A stretch of 31,673 nucleotides of DNA from Pseudonocardiaceae bacterium (GTDB taxonomy: Bacteria; Actinomycetota; Actinomycetes; Mycobacteriales; Pseudonocardiaceae). Of the stretch, positions 8,865-16,644 are shown piece after piece; position 1 is the first letter of the stretch, and the number at the start of each line of letters is the position of its first letter. The stretch is from NCBI GenBank assembly GCA_036008865.1, contig DASYMV010000373.1, forward strand, positions 1-31,673, read 5' to 3'. Both the position numbers and the translations under genes were made by a program. The notes below the pieces were generated by a model, which was given only the letters and a program-made list of their open reading frames with translations, was not told the origin of the DNA and ran no database searches.

Positions 8865-9857
8865 CTAGCGGTCGGTGGCAGCTGTTCGGCGCTGATCGCT
8901 CGACTGGCCGGGAACCGGGACCACCGACGTTGAGCGGGCGAGTGCCACCCGCGCCAGCGCGGGCAGGGCGACTGCGAGACGGCGCCGGTTGGACACCACG
9001 ACGCGGCGGGACAGCACGTCGTAGTCGGCGTCCTCGATGAGATCGAGTATGCCGCCGTAGAGGCGCAGCGCGGTGGAGACGCACGGACGCGATGACGGCG
9101 CGAGCATCGGCACTCCGACCTCGGCGCGCCGGTAGACGCTCCTGGTGCGGGCGACGAGGTGCGCCAGCGCCTTGCGGATGCGCTGGTCGGGTTTGCCGAG
9201 GGTCCGCGCCCACCCGAGCAGGTCCCGGTCCACGCCGAACGCGGCGAGTTCGTCGGCAGGCAGGTACACCCTCCCCCGATCGAGGTCCTCGCCCACGTCG
9301 CGCAGGAAGTTCGTGAGCTGGAAGGCGATCCCCAGTGCCGCAGCGGCCGGCTCAGCCTCCTCGCGGGGGACGCACGTGCCGAGCACGGGAAGCACCTGCA
9401 GCCCGATCACCGCGGCCGAACCGTGCACGTACTCCTCGAGTTCGGCGTAGGTCCGGTAGTCGGTGACCACGAGGTCCATCCTCATGGAGTGCATGAAGTC
9501 CCGGAAGTACGAGTGGTCGATGCCGTAGCGCCGCGCGGTGTCCACGACCGCGGCGACGACCGGGTGCTCGCTGTGCCCCTGCGCCAGGCCTTCGCGGAGC
9601 TCGTCGTCCAATGCGGACAGCTCTGCGGCACGCATCGCGGTCGTGCGCCCGTCGTGCACCTCGTCGACGATGTCGTCGGCCCAGCGGGCGAATCCGTAGA
9701 GCGCGTGCACGGCCGGACGCTGAGCGGGAGCCAGCAATCGCGTGGCGAGGTAGTAAGTTCTGCCGTGGACGGCGTTGAGCTCGCGGCAGCGCCCATACGC
9801 CGCCCGCATGGGCGGTTCGGCGATACCGGCGGCGTCAAGTTCCCGATCGGAGCGCAC
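8865..9857 (-). CDS. crtB: Phytoene synthase, 330 aa
   Basis: [24 protein letters not shown] and [25 protein letters not shown] start chosen after the GGGGAGGGG SD. Confidence 0.93.
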   Translation of the reverse strand: MRSDRELDAAGIAEPPMRAAYGRCRELNAVHGRTYYLATRLLAPAQRPAVHALYGFARWADDIVDEVHDGRTTAMRAAELSALDDELREGLAQGHSEHPVVAAVVDTARRYGIDHSYFRDFMHSMRMDLVVTDYRTYAELEEYVHGSAAVIGLQVLPVLGTCVPREEAEPAAAALGIAFQLTNFLRDVGEDLDRGRVYLPADELAAFGVDRDLLGWARTLGKPDQRIRKALAHLVARTRSVYRRAEVGVPMLAPSSRPCVSTALRLYGGILDLIEDADYDVLSRRVVVSNRRRLAVALPALARVALARSTSVVPVPGQSSDQRRTAATDR

Positions 9858-9971
9858 CCGCCCCTCCCCTCGATGCACGTCCCCGTCGGACGTCAGCACA
9901 ACGCTAGGGCGGCGGCTCGGCGTGCGCTTGACGGGGCCTTCAGCTTCGCCGAGAGGTCGGCTTGATCGCCA

Positions 9972-9987
9972 CTGCATCGTCATGCAG
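9972..9987. promoter_or_regulatory. Inverted repeat CTGCAT-N4-ATGCAG in the crtB/crtE divergent region; possible operator
   Basis: Perfect 6-bp arms, located centrally between the two divergent start codons. Confidence 0.3.
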
Positions 9988-10055
9988 ATCGGGCCACCCG
10001 CTGGTTAGCTCGTGACCGCCGCTCCACACCCCGCGCACCAGTAGAGGAGGCGACG

Positions 10056-11186
10056 ATGTCGCTGGCACACAACGCCGCCGCCGCGTGGCGACCCTCGCAC
10101 GACGGCGTCGACAGCGACGGCTGGCTGCGCTCGCACGTGCAGCTCGGTCTCGAGGAGTTCCTGAACCGGCGCGCGAACCAGGACGTGCCCGCGGGCTTGG
10201 ACCCGACACTGGTCGGCGAACTGTGCGCTCTCGCACTCGGTGGGGGCAAGCGGATCCGGCCCACCTTCGCCTGGTGGGGCTGGAGGGCGGCGGCCGGTCC
10301 GGCCACGGGGTCCGCCGCGCAGCTCACCATCCGGGTGTTGATCGCGCTGGAGCTGTTGCAGTGCTGCGCGCTCGTGCACGACGACGTCATGGACCGCTCG
10401 GCGACCCGGCGTGGCCGGACCGCCTCGCACGTCGCGTTCGCCGAGCAGCACCGCGCCTGCGGCTGGGCGGGCGACGACGTTCAGTTCGGTGACTCGGTGG
10501 CCGTTCTGATCGGCGATCTCGCACTGGCGTGGGCCGACGACGCGATCGTGGGCGCGGGGCTCGACGGGGAGGCGCTGGCACGGGTGTGGGAGCCGTGGCG
10601 GGCCATGCGCACCGAGATGATCGCCGGGCAGTACCTCGACCTGCTGGCGGTCGCCCGCCGCGAGGAGTCGCTCGCCGAGACGATGCGCGTGGCGAGGCTC
10701 AAAACGGCCGCCTACACGGTCGAGCGGCCGTTGCACCTCGGTGCGGCGCTGGCCGGCGCCCAGCCCGTCCTGATCGACGCCCTGCGCGCGTTCGGCCGCG
10801 ACATCGGTGTCGCCTTCCAGCTGCGCGACGACCTGCTCGGTGTGTTCGGCGACGAGCACGTCACGGGAAAGCCGGTCGGCGACGATCTGCGGGAGGGCAA
10901 GCGAACTCCCTTGATGGCGATCGCACTCGAACGGGCCGCCACCACGGGCCGCCGCGACGCGGCGCACCTGCTGCGTGCGATCCTCGACGGCGGCGACGTG
11001 ACGCCGGGTCTGGTCGACGAGATCCGGGCGCTGCTGCACGACCTCGGCGCCGTCGAGGCCGTGGAGGAGCGGATCACCGAGCTGGCCGGCCGGGCCCTCA
11101 GCGCGCTGCAGCACGTCGACATGCCCGCAGCCGCTCGGTCCCACCTGCTCCGCTTGGCCGCGAAGGCCACCACCCGCCGACGTTGA
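10056..11186 (+). CDS. crtE: Geranylgeranyl diphosphate synthase, 376 aa
   Basis: GGKRIRP, first Asp-rich motif ALVHDDVMDRSATRRG, GQYLDL, KTAAYTVERP and second motif FQLRDDLLGVFGD. GAGGAGG SD. Confidence 0.92.
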   Translation: MSLAHNAAAAWRPSHDGVDSDGWLRSHVQLGLEEFLNRRANQDVPAGLDPTLVGELCALALGGGKRIRPTFAWWGWRAAAGPATGSAAQLTIRVLIALELLQCCALVHDDVMDRSATRRGRTASHVAFAEQHRACGWAGDDVQFGDSVAVLIGDLALAWADDAIVGAGLDGEALARVWEPWRAMRTEMIAGQYLDLLAVARREESLAETMRVARLKTAAYTVERPLHLGAALAGAQPVLIDALRAFGRDIGVAFQLRDDLLGVFGDEHVTGKPVGDDLREGKRTPLMAIALERAATTGRRDAAHLLRAILDGGDVTPGLVDEIRALLHDLGAVEAVEERITELAGRALSALQHVDMPAAARSHLLRLAAKATTRRR

Positions 11187-11198
11187 GGAGTTGTCCTG

Positions 11199-12701
11199 AT
11201 GCACAAGGTGTCGGGTCCGACCGACCACGTCGTGGTCGTCGGCGCGGGCCTCGCGGGCCTTTCCGCCGCACTGCACCTGCGCGGCAGCGGCCGTGAGGTG
11301 ACGGTCGTCGAGCGCGGGCCCCATCCCGGCGGGCTCGCCGGGCGAGCCGACGTCGACGGCCACCACATCGACACCGGGCCGACCGTGCTCACCATGCCGG
11401 AACTGCTGGACGAGGCGTTCGGCGCGGTCGGCGAGCACCTGTCCGACCGGCTCGAACTCCTGCCCATGGACCCGGCCTACCGGGCGTTCTTCGCAGACGG
11501 CAGCACTTTGAACGTGCACACCGGTCAGGCGGCGATGGAGGAGGAGATCCGGGACTTCGCCGGACCGCGCGAGGCCGACGGCTACCGTCGGCTGCGGTCG
11601 TGGCTCACCCGGCTGTACGAGGTGGAGCGCGACCGGTTCATCGGAGGCAACTTCGACTCGCCACTGGATCTCGTCGGCTCCGACCTGGCGCGGCTGACCG
11701 CGATGGGTGGCTTCGGCAGGCTCTCCCGCGCGGTGGGCCGGTTCCTGCGCGATCCGCGGCTGCAACGGGTCTTCTCGTTCCAGTCGCTCTACGCCGGGGT
11801 GGCTCCGCGCCACGCGTTGGCCGCTTACGCCGTCATCGCCTACATGGACACGATCGCCGGGGTCTGGTTCCCGCGCGGCGGCATGCGCGCGGTGCCGAGT
11901 GCGCTCGCCGACGCCGCGGCTGCGGCAGGCGTGCGGTTCCGCTACGACAGCCCGGTCGAGGCGCTGGAACTCACCGGCGAGCGGGTGACCGCGGTGCGCA
12001 CCGAGCACGAGCGGATCGGCTGCGACGCGGTGGTGCTGGCCACCGGCCCCGCGGAGGGCGAGCGCCTGCTGCACCAGCGGCCCCGGCGTCCGGTGCGGCT
12101 GCGCTGGTCACCGTCCGCGGTGGTGGTGCATCTGAGCGCGGACCGGGTGTCCGATCGGGTCGCGCACCACACCATCTCCTTCGGTGAGGCGTGGGAGAGC
12201 ACGTTCGACGAGATCATCCACGAGGGTGCGCTCATGCGTGATCCGTCGCTGCTGCTCACCACGCCGTCGCTGACGGATCAGGCGCTGGCGCCGGAGGGCA
12301 AGCACCTGCAGTACCTCCTCGCGCCTTGCCCGAACCTGGAGTCCGGCCTGCAGGCGTGGGACGTGATCGGGCCCCGCTACGCCGAGGAATTGATCGGTGT
12401 CGTGGTGCGACGAGGGCTGATCCCGGACGAGAGCAGCGTGCGGCAGCTGTCGCTGGTCACTCCCGACGACTGGGCGCGGCAGGGCCTCGCCGCGGGCACG
12501 CCGTTCTCGGCGGCGCACACGTTCGCGCAGACCGGCCCGTTCCGTCCGCGCAACCTGCCCTGCCGCACCGGCAACGTGGTGCTCGCGGGCAGCGGCACGA
12601 CGCCGGGCGTCGGCATCCCGCCGGTGCTGATCTCCGGGCGGCTCGCCGCCGAGCGCATCACCGGGCAACGCGCTCCCCAGCAGTCCCCGCACGCCGTGTG
12701 A
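11199..12701 (+). CDS. crtI: Phytoene desaturase, 500 aa
   Basis: VVVVGAGLAGLSAA, IDTGPTVLTMP, FQSLYAG, WFPRGGM and C-terminal VLAGSGTTPGVGIPPVLISGRLAAERI. GAGGAG SD. Confidence 0.93.
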   Translation: MHKVSGPTDHVVVVGAGLAGLSAALHLRGSGREVTVVERGPHPGGLAGRADVDGHHIDTGPTVLTMPELLDEAFGAVGEHLSDRLELLPMDPAYRAFFADGSTLNVHTGQAAMEEEIRDFAGPREADGYRRLRSWLTRLYEVERDRFIGGNFDSPLDLVGSDLARLTAMGGFGRLSRAVGRFLRDPRLQRVFSFQSLYAGVAPRHALAAYAVIAYMDTIAGVWFPRGGMRAVPSALADAAAAAGVRFRYDSPVEALELTGERVTAVRTEHERIGCDAVVLATGPAEGERLLHQRPRRPVRLRWSPSAVVVHLSADRVSDRVAHHTISFGEAWESTFDEIIHEGALMRDPSLLLTTPSLTDQALAPEGKHLQYLLAPCPNLESGLQAWDVIGPRYAEELIGVVVRRGLIPDESSVRQLSLVTPDDWARQGLAAGTPFSAAHTFAQTGPFRPRNLPCRTGNVVLAGSGTTPGVGIPPVLISGRLAAERITGQRAPQQSPHAV

Positions 12702-12716
12702 CCCCGTTTTCACACC

Positions 12717-12911
12717 TCAGGCGGTCTGGGTGATGGCCTGGCTGACCTTGTTGGGGCCGTCGTAGGTCCGGTCGGGCAGCTTCTGCAGCAGCTTGATGGT
12801 GTCCTCGTCTGCGCCGTTCTGGCGGGCCTTCTCGATCAGCTGGTTCTTGTCGGCCGGGTAGTCGACCCCGGACAGGTGCTTCTGCAACTGGATCGGATTC
12901 GGCTTGCTCAT
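12717..12911 (-). CDS. DUF2795-family small protein, 64 aa
   Basis: NPIQLQKHLSGVDYPADKNQLIEKARQNGAD...LPDRTYDGP pattern; GC3-rich codons. Confidence 0.88.
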   Translation of the reverse strand: MSKPNPIQLQKHLSGVDYPADKNQLIEKARQNGADEDTIKLLQKLPDRTYDGPNKVSQAITQTA

Positions 12912-12920
12912 GGGCCGCGT

Positions 12921-12945
12921 GTACCCGTGCTCCCGCCGACGAATC
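12921..12945 (-). promoter_or_regulatory. Putative SigF/SigB-type promoter, probably giving a leaderless mRNA (DUF2795 gene)
   Basis: GATT-N15-GGGTAC-N9-ATG on the minus strand; no SD. Confidence 0.55.
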
Positions 12946-12947
12946 CC

Positions 12948-13748
12948 TCAGCCGTCGCCCGATCCGGGTTTGGTCATCTTCTCCTGCATCTTCGCCTTCA
13001 GCGGGTCGGGCAGGATCCTGGAGGCCGCGGCCTGCACCTTGTTCCGCAGCGATCCGGCGACGACGTGGTCCTTGCCCTCCATCAGCGCCTGGAACCCCTC
13101 GCGGGCGACCTCGGCCGGGTCGTCCTTGTGCCCGCTCGCCACCTTGGTGTCCTCCATGCCCGCGCGCTCGAAGAAGCGGGTGTCCGTCGGTCCCGGCATC
13201 AGTGCGGTCACCGTGACACCGGTGTCCTTCAACTCCTCGCGCAGAGCCTCGGAGAACGACGCCAGGAACGCCTTCGACGCGGCGTACACGGCGTGGTAGG
13301 GCCCTGGCCCGGTCGCAGCGATCGACGAGGTGTAGAGCACCCGGCCGCGTCCACGCTCGACCATGCCGGGCAGCAGACGCTTCGACAGGTGCACCGCGGA
13401 GGTGCAGTTGAGGTTGACGATCTTCAGGTTCGACTCGAGATCGGTGTCCCGGACGAAGTCGCCCCCGACGCCGATGCCCGCGTTGACGGCGAGCGCGTCG
13501 ACCGGCCGGTCGTTCGCCGTCGCCGCGGCGACGAGTTGCTCGACACCGTTGAAGGTGGACAGGTCGGCCTGCACCGCATCGACGTGGACACCGTGGCTGC
13601 TCAGCGTGCGGGCCGCATCGTGAACGGCGTCCTCCTCGGCGGCGATGAGAAGGTCGAAACCGTTGGCGGCGAACTGCTTCGCGAGCTCCAGCCCGATACC
13701 GCTCGAGGCGCCGGTCACCACGGCGAGGGGTTTGCGAGATGAGGTCAC
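12948..13748 (-). CDS. Short-chain dehydrogenase/reductase, 266 aa
   Basis: TGASSGIG, NAGIG and catalytic YAASK. GTG start with GGAGGAG SD, overlapping the upstream stop (GTGA). Confidence 0.92.
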   Translation of the reverse strand: MTSSRKPLAVVTGASSGIGLELAKQFAANGFDLLIAAEEDAVHDAARTLSSHGVHVDAVQADLSTFNGVEQLVAAATANDRPVDALAVNAGIGVGGDFVRDTDLESNLKIVNLNCTSAVHLSKRLLPGMVERGRGRVLYTSSIAATGPGPYHAVYAASKAFLASFSEALREELKDTGVTVTALMPGPTDTRFFERAGMEDTKVASGHKDDPAEVAREGFQALMEGKDHVVAGSLRNKVQAAASRILPDPLKAKMQEKMTKPGSGDG

Positions 13749-14224
13749 GGGGTCTCCTCCGCTGGTCGTGACGTGGCGGCGCAGGTGGCCGCGGTGACGA
13801 TTCCGAAGGCGAGGTGAGGAGCGATGTCGCTCACCCAGTCCGCGAAGCTCCACGTGCGCGGGTCGCTCACGCCCAGCGCCGCCATCGGCGCGTTCGCTCC
13901 GGCCATCGCGACCAGGCCTGTGGCCAGCGCACCCGTCGCCACCGACGGCCGCCAGCCGAGCGACCGGGCGATACCGTAGGCCGCGCCGACGCCGGTCCCG
14001 GTGAGGACGCCCAGCAGCGCGCCGATCGCCGACAACCTGGCCTCGCGCTGCTTTCCCTCACCGGGCACGCGAACCCCGACCAGGCGCGCCAACCGATCGA
14101 CCGTCTGCTCCGGCGTGCTGCTCGCAGGACGTCCGCGCAGCGCCATGTCCAAGTACGTGACCGCGTTCAGCGCGGTCGTACCGGCCGCACCGGCCGCCGC
14201 ACCGCACAGGATCGGGCTCGCCAT
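13745..14224 (-). CDS. Conserved actinobacterial membrane protein of unknown function, 159 aa
   Basis: 3' part of track ORF 13745..14857. GAAGTTALNAVTYLDMALRGRPASSTP and DPRTWSFADWVSDIAPHLAFG; hydrophobic segments; coupled to the SDR. Confidence 0.8.
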   Translation of the reverse strand: MASPILCGAAAGAAGTTALNAVTYLDMALRGRPASSTPEQTVDRLARLVGVRVPGEGKQREARLSAIGALLGVLTGTGVGAAYGIARSLGWRPSVATGALATGLVAMAGANAPMAALGVSDPRTWSFADWVSDIAPHLAFGIVTAATCAATSRPAEETP

Positions 14225-14233
14225 GCCGAGCGG

Positions 14234-14258
14234 GTGCCCTGACGCGCCCGTCCGAAAC
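14234..14258 (-). promoter_or_regulatory. Putative SigF/SigB-type promoter, probably leaderless, for the membrane protein-SDR unit
   Basis: GTTT-N15-GGGCAC-N9-ATG on the minus strand; same geometry as the DUF2795 promoter. Confidence 0.62.
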
Positions 14259-14346
14259 CCCGCCTCACCCTGATGAGCATCCGCACCCCACGATCGCAGG
14301 GGTCGCGAACCCGGCCACGTATGCCTCCGCCGGCCTCTGCGGCCAC

Positions 14347-16644
14347 TCACGAGCGTTCGAGGCTGCGCAGGACGGAGACGACGTTGTGGTGCATCCACAA
14401 GGGATTCGTCGAGTACCGTTCGGACTGCGCGAGGTTGTTGGACACGTGGTGAAGCCAACTGAGGAGCACCAGCACGCGCGGCTCGACCACGTCCGCGCCC
14501 AACGCCCGTTGCGCGTCCACCAGGACCGGGTGACCGGGATGCTCCGGATCGCTCGACCACTGCTGGACGACGCGCCCCAACTCGGTGTGCGCGACCCGCC
14601 ACTCGGTGCTGACGAGCAATCCCACGACGTCCAGCACGGCGATGCCGTCCGGATCGGATTGGCACCAGTCCACGACACCGGTGACGCGCCCGTCTTCGAC
14701 CAGGACGTTGTCCGGGCAGAAGTCGCCGTGGACCCACCCGACAGAGACGCGCCGCCCGGCGAGCTCCTCCACCAGGATCGCTTCGAGCCGGTCGAGCGGG
14801 CCGCGTTCGCCATGACGCACGCAGGCGCGCAGGCGCGCGATCGGCACCCGAACCCATCGCGTCACGCTCGCCTCGTCCACGATCCGCGGAACCGCTGTGC
14901 GGTCGTGCAGGTCTTCGATCGTCCCCAGCGCCGCCGCGACGAAACTCCGCCGCCCGTCGGCGTCACCGAGCATGCTGCGGCCGTCGACACCGCGCAGCCG
15001 CGTCTCCATCACGCAGAACGCCCCGTTGACCTCACTGGTGGCGAGCACGTTCGGCAGGAGGTCACGCCACGCACCGAGTCGCCCGTCCGCGTGCAACCGT
15101 CTGAGGACGGCGGCTTGACGGACCAGTTGGTTCCGACCGGACGGGCTGTCGGCGACCTTGATCAGCGCCGTGTCGCCCTGCGCCGAACCGACCAGCGCCG
15201 TGGCGGTCCCCGACTGGCCGTGCAGGCGGCCCTGCAACCGCCAGGAGGCGAGGTCTCCTCCCATGATCCTTCCGAGGAGAACCGGAGCGGTGCGGCGGAG
15301 CAGGAACGAATGCCGGAGCCCGCTCAGCGGTCCGCTCAACGGCCGGGGCAACCAGGACGCCCGCAGGAGCAGGATCGCGCTCGCCACGATCATCTGCCCG
15401 GCCAGCAGCGCGATGCCGACGCCGTTGACCCCCACCCGCGGGGTCAGCACGACGCACAGGGTCAGCACGAGGATCGACAGGCTCGCCAGTACGGCGACGA
15501 CGACCGTCATACGGCGGCGCACCCTGGCGGCGCTCACCGTGGTGGACGTGACGATGTTGGGCAGTGCGGAGAGCGCGGCGAGCCGCAGCACCCAGGTGCC
15601 GTGCTGGGAGTAGGACTCTCCGAAGATCCTGAGCAGGTACGGAGCGGTCACGAAGATCACCACGACCGCCGGTACGAGCAGCAGCAGTGAGTACTCGACC
15701 ATGATCCGGCGGGCACGCTCCAATCCGGCGATGTCGCGCGAGGCGTGCACCACCAACGACTGCCCCATCCCGAGCGGCACGAGGTACAGCGAGTAGGCCA
15801 CGGTCCACGCGGTCGAGAACGCGGCCGTCGCCTCCGCCCCCACCACGTCGAGGACCAGCACCGGGAGCAACTGGGTGCACCCGAGCCAGAACAGCGTTCC
15901 GGTGTAGTCGCCGCCGACGTAGCGCAGCACGTGTCTCAGCGAGAACGGCTCGGCGACGTCCTGCGCGGTGACCATGTGGCTGGGCACGGCACGCCTGAAC
16001 AGGTAGACGTTCGTGACGACGACCACGATCGCCGTGGCGACGGTCCACGACACCGCGACGCCGTGGAACGGCATCGCCGCGACGAGCCACACGAGCAGCA
16101 CGATCTTCAGCCCCGAGAAGACGGCGTTCTCCACCGGAACCAGCGCGGCACGACCGACCGCGGTGAGCACGCTGTCCTGCATCACGAAGATCGTCCACAC
16201 CGCCGTCGCGGCGACGAACCACGCCGTCTCCAGCCGGCCCTCGAAGAAGCCCTCCAGCTGGGACGACCACAGCCGCGCGCCCAGGACGAAGACGTAGCCG
16301 GCGCTCGCGCCCAGCAACGCGCCCGCGGTGTAGGTGGTGATGACGAAGCCGCGGGCCCGCCGGCCGGCGACGGGCACGAACCGGAGCAGCGCGTTCATCA
16401 GGTTCAGCTGAGCGGCGCCGGCGAGGAACATCATCGCGTAGATCGCCGCGGAGTTCGTGCCCACCACCGCGGGCGGGTACAGGCGGGCGGCGATGACCCA
16501 GTACAGCAACCCGATGCCGGAGGTGATCGCAGAACTCGCCACCAGCGCGTAACCGCTGCGGTACAGGGGCTGCTGCCAGCTCGTGAGCAGGGACCGCACC
16601 GGTCTTCGGTGTTGCTGCACGGTCGACATCTCGTCAGTGGTCAC
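14347..16644 (-). CDS. Wzx/MOP-type polysaccharide flippase fused to a C-terminal APH/choline-kinase-like phosphotransferase domain, 765 aa
   Basis: About 12 hydrophobic segments beginning LYRSGYALVASSAITSGIGLLYWVIAARLY. Soluble C-terminus with ALIK, VHGDFCPDNVLV and GVVDW. GTG start at 16644 overlaps the upstream stop; the track ORF is over-extended to 16992. Confidence 0.87.
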   Translation of the reverse strand: MTTDEMSTVQQHRRPVRSLLTSWQQPLYRSGYALVASSAITSGIGLLYWVIAARLYPPAVVGTNSAAIYAMMFLAGAAQLNLMNALLRFVPVAGRRARGFVITTYTAGALLGASAGYVFVLGARLWSSQLEGFFEGRLETAWFVAATAVWTIFVMQDSVLTAVGRAALVPVENAVFSGLKIVLLVWLVAAMPFHGVAVSWTVATAIVVVVTNVYLFRRAVPSHMVTAQDVAEPFSLRHVLRYVGGDYTGTLFWLGCTQLLPVLVLDVVGAEATAAFSTAWTVAYSLYLVPLGMGQSLVVHASRDIAGLERARRIMVEYSLLLLVPAVVVIFVTAPYLLRIFGESYSQHGTWVLRLAALSALPNIVTSTTVSAARVRRRMTVVVAVLASLSILVLTLCVVLTPRVGVNGVGIALLAGQMIVASAILLLRASWLPRPLSGPLSGLRHSFLLRRTAPVLLGRIMGGDLASWRLQGRLHGQSGTATALVGSAQGDTALIKVADSPSGRNQLVRQAAVLRRLHADGRLGAWRDLLPNVLATSEVNGAFCVMETRLRGVDGRSMLGDADGRRSFVAAALGTIEDLHDRTAVPRIVDEASVTRWVRVPIARLRACVRHGERGPLDRLEAILVEELAGRRVSVGWVHGDFCPDNVLVEDGRVTGVVDWCQSDPDGIAVLDVVGLLVSTEWRVAHTELGRVVQQWSSDPEHPGHPVLVDAQRALGADVVEPRVLVLLSWLHHVSNNLAQSERYSTNPLWMHHNVVSVLRSLERS

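Noticed and set aside
10005-12074. 689-aa minus-strand ORF, and similar long ORFs 6126..7610, 19532..20980, 21975..24428 and 30000..30947
   Set aside because: All lie antisense to well-supported genes, are Arg/Gly/His-rich without motifs, and are expected stop-poor shadows in high-GC DNA.
1-12701. Functional link between IcmF (AdoCbl) and carotenoid light regulation via LitR/CarH (AdoCbl)
   Set aside because: No litR/carH-like gene in the window, and unrelated genes intervene; proximity alone is not evidence.
12696-12715. GTGTGA-N8-TCACAC between the convergent crtI and DUF2795 genes, resembling a CRP/GlxR site
   Set aside because: The spacer is 8 nt rather than 6 and it lies at gene 3' ends; at most a weak hairpin.
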